Below, piece by piece: positions 57,132 through 64,000 of a stretch of 64,000 nt of DNA; positions within the stretch are counted from its first letter, which is position 1, and each line of letters begins with the position of its first letter. The notes beneath the pieces are model-generated. The model was given only the letters and a program-made list of their open reading frames with translations. It was not told the origin of the DNA and did no database searches. Source of the stretch: an uncultured virus (IMG/VR IMGVR_UViG_3300017971_000213) (Duplodnaviria; Heunggongvirae; Uroviricota; Caudoviricetes); IMG/VR virus record IMGVR_UViG_3300017971_000213, positions 1-64,000 of that record. One strand, given 5' to 3'. The translations under genes and the position numbers were made by a program.

Positions 57132-57913
57132 CAGCGGTTACGACCAACAGCGTCCTCTGCACCTTCAAGTCCCTCAACAATCAGTTCCAGCGCGTCCCAG
57201 TCATTCAGCATATAGTGCACAGAGTAATCCAGAAGATTCTGCGCGTAAAACAACGCTTCCGGGGCCGTCAAATTGGCCGTATGCGCGTTCCTATTGATGA
57301 ATCTGGAAATATAGCTCAAGAGTTCCGTCCAGTCCAAAACCCCAGGGACTCCGCCATGCATAAGAGCGTCTACGCGATCCTCGTCCATGACAGGAGCGTC
57401 CTCCTGCGCCACTCTATCGAGAGACCTTCCACCCTTACGTTCGTGCGGTCGCTGACCGTAGATGTCGCTCTGGCAATACGGACATTCTCCGTACTCCTCC
57501 AGCTCACCGCTCCACTCCCCGCAATACGGACACCGACGCTCCTCCTCTGACTCCTCGTGCTGGCGCTCCGCCTCTTCGAGCCAGTCACCCCACGACGAGA
57601 TGAAAAAACCCTCCGCGTCCGTATACATCAGGGTAGGGACATAGGTATCTCCGGCGTTGAGATAAAGGACCTCCTGATCCCTGAGAGGGCCGCCGCTCTC
57701 GTACGGCAGCACCTCCACGCCGAAACTCATGACGTCATTCTCGTTCAGGTATTTATCCGCCTCTTCGAGCGCCGCATGCGGAGGAAGAGCACTCTCCTCG
57801 ACGATCCCCAGAGCCTCGTTCAACACACGCAACTCATCGCCATGTCCGGCGCGCTTGGGTCCGTACTGCTTGGCCAGCCGCTTCAACCCGGCATCCTTGA
57901 TCGCACGTTCCAT
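57131..57913 (-). CDS. acidic hypothetical protein with Zn ribbon
   Basis: LYLNAGDTY..T...SSWGDWLE motif; CPYC...CPYC. Confidence 0.6.
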   Translation of the reverse strand: MERAIKDAGLKRLAKQYGPKRAGHGDELRVLNEALGIVEESALPPHAALEEADKYLNENDVMSFGVEVLPYESGGPLRDQEVLYLNAGDTYVPTLMYTDAEGFFISSWGDWLEEAERQHEESEEERRCPYCGEWSGELEEYGECPYCQSDIYGQRPHERKGGRSLDRVAQEDAPVMDEDRVDALMHGGVPGVLDWTELLSYISRFINRNAHTANLTAPEALFYAQNLLDYSVHYMLNDWDALELIVEGLEGAEDAVGRNR

Positions 57914-57916
57914 GAC

Positions 57917-58237
57917 TCAACCCTCCCGAGAACCGGCCTTAGCCATCAGCTTGGCCTTGCTGGCAAACGTACGAGTAAGAGCCTTGTAGATCAGGCTCGA
58001 ACACGTACCGAGCGCACCACCGATGAGCAGCTTGTCCGCGAAGGACTCCGGAGGAAGCAGTAATCCCCCAACCATGCCCAAGAGAATCGGGATGAACGGA
58101 AGGATGCGCATCCCGACATGATGCTTGGTGAAAAACTTCTTGAAGCCCTGCTTGAACGCCTGCACGACTCCAGCCACTACCACAGCGAGACCCACGTAAG
58201 GGCCATACTCGGTCAGAATGACGATGAACTCTTCCAC
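57917..58237 (-). CDS. holin-like membrane protein
   Basis: 106 aa with three hydrophobic segments and a basic C terminus. Confidence 0.6.
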   Translation of the reverse strand: MEEFIVILTEYGPYVGLAVVVAGVVQAFKQGFKKFFTKHHVGMRILPFIPILLGMVGGLLLPPESFADKLLIGGALGTCSSLIYKALTRTFASKAKLMAKAGSREG

Positions 58238-58246
58238 GATGTCCTC

Positions 58247-58717
58247 CTAGCCCGACTCGGAGACGGTCTCCGACACGAAGACAACCTTGCACCGGAGGGG
58301 GGCTCCGCCGCCACAGTTGTTGTAGATGTGCAACGCACGCGCCCGGTTACCGTCCTCCCGAACACGCCAACCATCCCGGACTCGGTCAGCCGGGAAGATC
58401 TCCAGGTTGGTAGAACCCTGAAAAACAGTCAGCGGAAACGTAATAGTGTTCGCCGGAAGAGTAACCGTCGACCCCTGCTGAATACCCGTCTCGTAGTTCG
58501 GGACAGCGTAAGCCTTGGCTGGTTGACCGTAGCCGCCGCCGTAGAAGGTCTTGACGATGACGTTACCCGCACCAGCCGGAGTCTTCGGACCGTCGTAGAG
58601 CGGAATGATGTCGATGGTCAGGTTCTTGATCGGCTCGCTGACAGGGGCATCCGTCACCCTGATCTCCTGACCATCAGGGAGATCGATCTCGATCTCTCGC
58701 TGCCTGTATCTTCCCAT
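58247..58717 (-). CDS. hypothetical protein
   Basis: 156-aa ORF with a GAGG SD, first gene after the putative late promoter. Confidence 0.6.
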   Translation of the reverse strand: MGRYRQREIEIDLPDGQEIRVTDAPVSEPIKNLTIDIIPLYDGPKTPAGAGNVIVKTFYGGGYGQPAKAYAVPNYETGIQQGSTVTLPANTITFPLTVFQGSTNLEIFPADRVRDGWRVREDGNRARALHIYNNCGGGAPLRCKVVFVSETVSESG

Positions 58718-58756
58718 GATTCACCTCTTTAGACGTACGTGTCCTGGTGACTATAT

Positions 58757-58788
58757 ACGATAGCATAGTCGAATGTGGGGATTCTAAA
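58757..58788 (-). promoter_or_regulatory. putative late promoter TTTAGAATCCC-N15-TATCGT
   Basis: Third copy of the intergenic 11-mer. Confidence 0.55.
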
Positions 58789-58817
58789 ATTGAAGAGGAA
58801 GTTCTCAGAAGGAGGAG

Positions 58818-59663
58818 CTAGAAGCGCGCACCCAACTCACGCTCTGCCCACTTCTTCACCGACGGGTAGAAACCGTGTCCGAGCAAGTACTCCAGATCTC
58901 CCCGCGTGAGCTGCTGCCCCTCGTCGAGATCCCGCAACTCGTCCAACATCGGCCCGGCCTTCATCCGGTCCTTCTCCTCGACGTCGTCCCCCACGCTGTT
59001 GCAGATGCCCACTACACGCGCCGTGACCTTGTCCTGGGGGTCCATGGGCTCCGCCTCACGCTCCTCGGCCATCTGCTCGATGGTCTTGCGCGGCTCCGGA
59101 GAGGGCTTCGTGAAAGTGCGTCGGTTCTGGAGGTCAGACTGCTCCTGGTGAGCCATGTCGATGGCCTCCTCAGCCGAGATACCGTACTGAGCACCGAGCT
59201 TCTCGTAGTACTCCAAGTACTCCCCCTCGTCCATGAGGACGAGTACCGGCGGACGGCGGTTGACCATCTTGCGCAGGTCCGTGGACGCCTTGATGGCGTG
59301 GAACGGAACGAGCTGCGTCAAGTTGATCGGCTTCTTCCCCTTCGGGATGAGGATCGACTCGGTGCGACCCACGATAAGCTCGAACTGGAGCGACACCTGA
59401 GTGTTACTGCGGTTCTGCACGTAGACGTCGCGCTCCTCACGGAAGTACTCCGTGAAGTTGGTGATGATCGGAACCCTGTTACCTTGACCGTTCATGACAA
59501 CCTCCCTGGGATCTCTCGCCAGTTTGATGATGAAAGGCTCTCGCTTCACCACGACAGCCTTCCCCTTCTTGACCAGTTTTCTCGCCCTGGCGGGATGGGT
59601 GTACGACAGGACGGACCCGGACGTGTCCAAAACCGGGACCCGCGAACCTGTCGTACGTACCAT
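58818..59663 (-). CDS. protein with N-terminal RRXRR/PLMP-like domain fused to an unknown phage domain
   Basis: VPVLDTSGSVLSYTHPARARKLVKKGKAVVVKREPFIIKL matches the IscB N-terminal PLMP/RRXRR consensus. A second in-frame ATG at 59495 has a GGAGG SD. Confidence 0.75.
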   Translation of the reverse strand: MVRTTGSRVPVLDTSGSVLSYTHPARARKLVKKGKAVVVKREPFIIKLARDPREVVMNGQGNRVPIITNFTEYFREERDVYVQNRSNTQVSLQFELIVGRTESILIPKGKKPINLTQLVPFHAIKASTDLRKMVNRRPPVLVLMDEGEYLEYYEKLGAQYGISAEEAIDMAHQEQSDLQNRRTFTKPSPEPRKTIEQMAEEREAEPMDPQDKVTARVVGICNSVGDDVEEKDRMKAGPMLDELRDLDEGQQLTRGDLEYLLGHGFYPSVKKWAERELGARF

Positions 59664-59665
59664 CA

Positions 59666-59774
59666 GTGACCTTCAGGTGTGCCAGGGTGTTACCCTACCT
59701 CCCGCCGAAGCGGGGTTCATCGGATTAGGCGGCGGCGCGCGATGCGCCGCCGCCTGCACCTGCTTCCACGTCAC
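59666..59774 (-). ncRNA. candidate structured RNA element (multibranch) between the capsid gene and the PLMP-domain gene
   Basis: Nested pairings on the minus strand: GUGAC/GUCAC and CAGGUG/CACCUG enclose a 12-bp hairpin, a CCCGC-UUCG-GCGGG hairpin and AGGGU-AAC-ACCCU. Confidence 0.55.
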
Positions 59775-59777
59775 GCG

Positions 59778-61040
59778 CTACTTCTGGCCCTTGGCGCAGG
59801 AGCGAGCGTTGGCAATCGCGAACCCGACCATCTCGATGAAGGCCCAGCCCTTGACCGTCTCCTGGTGGCTGTACTTGTTGTACGGCTCGGAGAACAGCTC
59901 GATCCTGACACCCATCTCGCCCATGTAATCCGCGCCCGTCGTGGCATAGAAGCTTCCGGGCTCGATCACCTCTTCAACCCCCGTGCCTGCGGCGGTCAGA
60001 ATCTGGGCGTTCAGGACGTTGCCGATGTAGCCCGCGAGGATCAACTCGCGCTCCGTCACCGGGTCCACGCTGGTCGACATGGTCTTGACGATGTCGCTCA
60101 GCTCGGACCGCGAGATCAGGAAGTTCTCGACCATCAGACGATGGCGCTCGACCTGGAACCGGACGTCCTCGAAGGCGCCGATGCCCAACGTCGCGAACGT
60201 GGTCACGGCGTTGTCGGTCTGCGCGGCCTCGTCGATGAGGCTGATCGCAGCCTTGTCCTCCTGAAGCTCGATCTCCTGACGCGCGGTGTCCTGCGCCCGG
60301 TCGAGGACATCGAAGTTCATCTGGTAGATGTCCATGATGTCGATGGCCGGGAAGCTCGTCACCTTCCACTCGGGCGGGGTGATCCACTTCGTCTTGATGC
60401 GGCTCTCGGGGGACTGACCGTCCTGGCCGATGACCCACGCCGTCGAACGGATGTCCAGCGGGATACGGAACAGCTCGGCCTGGGCCAGCTTCCGAACCCG
60501 GTAGATCTTCCGCGCGAAGCCCTCGTAGTCGAGGATCGCCTTGATCGGGAGCGCCAGCTCCTGACCGACGATGTGGAAGCCCTGTCCGGTCGGGTCGGTG
60601 AGCGCGGCGGCGAGAATGTCGCGCCGAGCTTCCTTGCTGATCGAGGTCTCCGTGTCGGGACGGTAGAAGGAGAGCGCCTGAGCGTTCTTCTTCGTGACCT
60701 CGTTCATCAGCTGATGGATCTGCGTCATCGCCTCGCGCTTGTCGTGCGCGTTGATCTCACCCCTGCCGTCGAACATGCGACGGTCGGTGCTGCTGGCGGT
60801 GGCGCGACGGCTCGACGGAAGGTCGTACCGCTGCGGGTTGAACGTGCCGTTGCCCTCGAAGAGGCCCTCGTCGCGCTTGTTGGCGAAGCGGCCCGGACGT
60901 ACGGCCATGCGGTCACGCGGCTGCTCGGAAGCCTCGCGACGGGGAGCGCGCTGTCGCCGGGTCTGGTCGCCATTCCTCTGCGCGGACCGCGAGGGGCCGG
61001 GGCGACGATTCTTGCTGATGCTCTTGAACGGATTGGACAT
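59778..61040 (-). CDS. major capsid protein (HK97-like fold)
   Basis: 420 aa, strong codon bias, position after the scaffold and decoration genes; LDYEGFARK, FDVLDRAQ..ARQEI..QED, GYIGNVLNAQI, GWAFIEMVGFAIAN. Confidence 0.85.
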   Translation of the reverse strand: MSNPFKSISKNRRPGPSRSAQRNGDQTRRQRAPRREASEQPRDRMAVRPGRFANKRDEGLFEGNGTFNPQRYDLPSSRRATASSTDRRMFDGRGEINAHDKREAMTQIHQLMNEVTKKNAQALSFYRPDTETSISKEARRDILAAALTDPTGQGFHIVGQELALPIKAILDYEGFARKIYRVRKLAQAELFRIPLDIRSTAWVIGQDGQSPESRIKTKWITPPEWKVTSFPAIDIMDIYQMNFDVLDRAQDTARQEIELQEDKAAISLIDEAAQTDNAVTTFATLGIGAFEDVRFQVERHRLMVENFLISRSELSDIVKTMSTSVDPVTERELILAGYIGNVLNAQILTAAGTGVEEVIEPGSFYATTGADYMGEMGVRIELFSEPYNKYSHQETVKGWAFIEMVGFAIANARSCAKGQK

Positions 61041-61054
61041 CGTCAGCCTCCTTC

Positions 61055-61834
61055 CTAGCTGGTGGGTCCGCCGGCATACTGGACGCCGAGGAACGGGTCA
61101 TCGGGGGTCGGGACCTGGTAGACGCGGCCGATGTACGGACCGGCGCCACCCTTCGTCACGAGACCCTCCATGTTGGCAGCCGAAGTGCCAGCGGTGAGGG
61201 CATCGTTGACCGCGAAGGTCTGGGCGACATCGTACTGGGTCGTAAAGATCAGTGACCAGTCGTTGATCACGGTGATCTTCCGATCCTGAATGTCAACGTC
61301 ATTCAGGAAGTTCCAGAAGTTGCGGCCCTCGAACTTCAGCTCCTGCTCGGTCACCGTGTACTGGTAGTCCACGCCGACGATCTCGCCGTCAGCGATGGTA
61401 CCGCCAGCCACGCGGGTGATCTGACCGTTGGTGTAGTTCGCCGTGTAGTCGCTACCGGCGCCCTCGGTGTAGACCGTACCCGTGGTCAGGTTGTAGACCC
61501 GAACACCGCCCGTCGCGCCCGGAACCCACAGGTTCGAATGCGCGAGATTGGTGGCGGCTACGCCAACGAGCTGGATCTGCTCGCCAACGACAGACGCGTA
61601 GAGCGTGTTCGCCTTCGTGTACTTCGCGAAGCCGAAGGGATTCGTCGCGCCGCCGTTACCACAGATCTCGATCTCCTGGCTGCTGTTCAACTGAACGAGC
61701 ATCCCGGCCCGGAACGTGGAAGAAGCGGAAGCGACGAAATGCCCCAGGTTCCGCGTGTACTGGGAGCGCATCAGGTCGATACCGATTGCTCGGCTCGATA
61801 CCCGAAACGCCTCCATGCGCGGTGAGAAAGACAT
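61055..61834 (-). CDS. capsid decoration/cement protein with inserted Ig-like domain
   Basis: Directly upstream of the capsid gene; FRAGMLVQL...PFGF, then TVYTEG..SDY...GQITR, then IGRVYQVPT.DDPFLGV. Confidence 0.6.
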   Translation of the reverse strand: MSFSPRMEAFRVSSRAIGIDLMRSQYTRNLGHFVASASSTFRAGMLVQLNSSQEIEICGNGGATNPFGFAKYTKANTLYASVVGEQIQLVGVAATNLAHSNLWVPGATGGVRVYNLTTGTVYTEGAGSDYTANYTNGQITRVAGGTIADGEIVGVDYQYTVTEQELKFEGRNFWNFLNDVDIQDRKITVINDWSLIFTTQYDVAQTFAVNDALTAGTSAANMEGLVTKGGAGPYIGRVYQVPTPDDPFLGVQYAGGPTS

Positions 61835-61866
61835 TCGTTTGCTCCTCTGCTTTGCCTACTTCGAAG

Positions 61867-63834
61867 CTACTGGCCCTGGACCCCGCCGAGACGTCCGAGT
61901 CTACGTCCCAGAAGAGTGCTTCCACCAATAGCGCTACGAAGATCAGCGACACCTGAAGATTGCGGAGGGCTGGATGCAGGAGCCCCATCGACCTCGAAAT
62001 TGCCCTCGGCGGCTTCCCTACGAACCAGAGAAGCGCGACGAGAGGTACGTCGCATATCAGTCGCCTCGGCAGATCCCCTCACAGCAACCGGAGCGAGGTT
62101 CCTGAGGTCCTCCTCCGCGTCCTTGAGGTACGAGGCGTCCTTGGCCATCAGGTCGGCGGCTTTCTCCAAGAGAGCCTCCACGAACCTGTCATGACCTTCT
62201 GCGGTAATCAGCTCCGTCAGATCGACGGCGGCGGAAACGTCCATACCCGAATAGACGTCACCGTTGGCGAACTCGATGTCACCGGACTCCGCCGACAGGA
62301 CGTCGACGGCGGCAACCTTGATCGGGTGCTCCTCATGGTTGAGGCGCATCCGCGACGACGCCACCCGGACCGCACGAGCGAACTTCCGGACGAAGTCCTC
62401 CTTGGCCTCAGCGACAGCCTTCTTCGTCCGCTCGTCGTAGAGCTTCTTGAAGTTGGCGTGCGCCGAACGAATCACGTCATCTCCGCCCGAGAGAACATCA
62501 CCTTCGGAACCGTTGTGCTGCTCCTGGGCGTTGGTGTCGGCGTCGGAAGTGGAGTCCATGGACGGCTTGGAGGGCTTCTTCTCCTCGATGACGTTCTCGG
62601 CTTCGTCGAGGATGTCCTTGGTCTCGCCCTCAGCCTTCTTGCGAGCTTCGAAAGTAAGGCGCGCTCGCCGCAGGACAGCCCTGCGCTCACCGCTCAGGGT
62701 GCGCGGGGTCACCTTGTCGGGCTTCTCCCTGGTATCAACCTCGCCACCGGGAAGCGCCGAGTCCGGATCGGAGTCGTCGTACTCCTGACGGTTGACGTCC
62801 TCGGCGTCCGCGAGGATGCCCTGATTCTTCGGCTCGACTTCCTCGGCGCTGTTCAGCTCGATGTCATCGTCGACACCGGCAGCCCGCAGCATCTTCGCGT
62901 TACAGAACTCAGCGGCCTTGCTAAACCCCTGGTAAACAGCGAGCCCGTACACACGGTTGGCCAAACGCCGAAGAGCTTCGGGGTCGTTGCGATACTTGTC
63001 AGCAGGAACTGCGTGGAAGATCGCGCCATGATCCTCGTGATGCGCGACCAGCGTACGGCTTCGGGTGATGGCGATCTTGATCTTCTTCGCCCTGGCAGGC
63101 ATCGTAGTGTCCTCGTGAGCCATCGAACCCTCCCCGGCATCCGAGATGCCCATCTCCTCCGCTGAAGGAGAAGTGCCGGCTTCCTCTGCGCGCTCCTGAA
63201 GCTCCTGGATGTCTCCGTGCTCCTGCTCCTGCGCACGCCGCAACGTGGCCTCGCGCTCCTTGGAGAGGTCCGGCTTGTCGTCCTTCTTTTCCTCGGGCTT
63301 GTCGTCCTTCTTTTCCTCGGGCTTGTCGTCCTTCTTGGGAGGCTTCTCCTCGCCGGACTCGTCCTTCTTGGGAGGCTTCTCCTCGTCGGGCTTTCCACCC
63401 ATCGAGGGCACCGGCTTGTCGTCGAGCTTGACCTCGATGGGATCGCCGCCACCCATCTCCTTGACCTTCTCCGTGATCGGAGACGAGGGACCATCGGTAG
63501 CCTTCTCCTTGACGTCCGCCAGCTCGTCTTCCAGAATCTCGGCCTCCTCAGCCCTCTCGATCTCTTCCTTGATGATTCCCTCGGTCTTCAGGAAGTCGAC
63601 GATCACGTTGTACGCCGCGTCGGCATCGGGAGCCTTCTCCAGCTCCATGAGAACCTTCTCGAACCCCGGAGGGGCGGACATGGCCGTCCGGTTCAATACC
63701 GACTTACGAACGAGATCCATGGTCTCGGATTCGATGCGCTCCTGGTCTGATGCCGAGAGGTTGATCGTGCCCTTGGCGTGAAGATCCGCCACGGTCTTGA
63801 AGAGCTTGAATCGTTCGGTAAACGGCATTGTCAT
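61867..63834 (-). CDS. prohead scaffold-like protein
   Basis: 655 aa, highly charged and low complexity with coiled-coil C terminus, upstream of the capsid genes. Confidence 0.6.
   Translation of the reverse strand: MTMPFTERFKLFKTVADLHAKGTINLSASDQERIESETMDLVRKSVLNRTAMSAPPGFEKVLMELEKAPDADAAYNVIVDFLKTEGIIKEEIERAEEAEILEDELADVKEKATDGPSSPITEKVKEMGGGDPIEVKLDDKPVPSMGGKPDEEKPPKKDESGEEKPPKKDDKPEEKKDDKPEEKKDDKPDLSKEREATLRRAQEQEHGDIQELQERAEEAGTSPSAEEMGISDAGEGSMAHEDTTMPARAKKIKIAITRSRTLVAHHEDHGAIFHAVPADKYRNDPEALRRLANRVYGLAVYQGFSKAAEFCNAKMLRAAGVDDDIELNSAEEVEPKNQGILADAEDVNRQEYDDSDPDSALPGGEVDTREKPDKVTPRTLSGERRAVLRRARLTFEARKKAEGETKDILDEAENVIEEKKPSKPSMDSTSDADTNAQEQHNGSEGDVLSGGDDVIRSAHANFKKLYDERTKKAVAEAKEDFVRKFARAVRVASSRMRLNHEEHPIKVAAVDVLSAESGDIEFANGDVYSGMDVSAAVDLTELITAEGHDRFVEALLEKAADLMAKDASYLKDAEEDLRNLAPVAVRGSAEATDMRRTSRRASLVRREAAEGNFEVDGAPASSPPQSSGVADLRSAIGGSTLLGRRLGRLGGVQGQ
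63272..63385. repeat. coding tandem repeats (24-bp unit EEKKDDKP, 2 copies plus partial; 33-bp-period EEKPPKKD, 2 copies)
   Basis: Directly visible within the scaffold-like gene. Confidence 0.85.
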
Positions 63835-63844
63835 CAGACCTCTC

Positions 63845-64000
63845 CTAACGTCCCGCCAAAGCTGAGTTAATCAGCCCAGCCAGGGACTCCGGGATCTTAC
63901 TGGCGTTCTTCGCAACGTAGGTGGTGATCTCACGCACCTGATCTTCTGTCAAGGAATGAGCCTGCGGGTCCGTGGCAGCCACCCGAAGGATACCCTCCTG
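63845..64000 (-). CDS. 3' end of an upstream gene (partial; possibly prohead protease by position)
   Basis: Open frame QEGILRVAATDPQ...LINSALAGR* ending just before the scaffold SD. The function is a positional guess. Confidence 0.5.
   Translation of the reverse strand, partial: QEGILRVAATDPQAHSLTEDQVREITTYVAKNASKIPESLAGLINSALAGR

Noticed and set aside
58818..59663. Intact IscB/IS200-605 element
   Set aside because: No RuvC, bridge helix or HNH motifs after the PLMP-like segment, and no transposase. Kept only as a domain-plus-RNA finding.
59727..59755. Intrinsic terminator after the capsid gene
   Set aside because: Strong stem but no U-tract on the coding strand, and it is nested within a larger pairing.
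59679..61058. Long plus-strand ORFs, e.g. 459 aa opposite the capsid gene, 502 aa at 39878 and 366 aa at 291
   Set aside because: They mirror minus-strand genes codon for codon and have no motifs. This is the expected antisense shadow of strong GC3 bias.
1..64000. Stop-codon reassignment, tRNA genes, integrase, diversity-generating retroelement
   Set aside because: Genes tile densely in the standard code and use TAG, TGA and TAA as stops. No cloverleaf, recombinase, reverse transcriptase or template/variable repeat pair was seen by eye.

Overview
The window is a 64-kb slice of a large tailed (myovirus-type) bacteriophage genome. Every credible gene is on the minus strand and many are coupled by ATGA-type overlaps. 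In transcription order (64000 to 1) it holds: (i) a head module with a scaffold-like protein, a decoration protein and an HK97-type major capsid protein; (ii) holin/spanin-like and neck genes; (iii) a contractile tail with a sheath, two paralogous tube genes, a G/GT chaperone pair joined by an A-AAA-AAA -1 frameshift site, three tandem paralogous tape-measure-like genes, hub, spike, baseplate and a beta-helix tailspike; (iv) a replication module with a 5'-3' exonuclease-UDG fusion, SNF2 helicase, Nudix, helicase loader, DnaB-like helicase, primase, sigma-like protein, beta-clamp, family A DNA polymerase, DnaX-like clamp loader and gp32-like SSB. The most unusual elements are: an IscB-type PLMP/RRXRR domain fused to a phage ORF behind a ~110-nt multibranched RNA structure directly after the capsid gene; the tape-measure triplication; a 4-Cys insert in PolA; a C2H2-finger protein with a histone-H1-like tail; and two promoter classes. 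All family calls come from motif recognition by eye. No database search or folding program was run.
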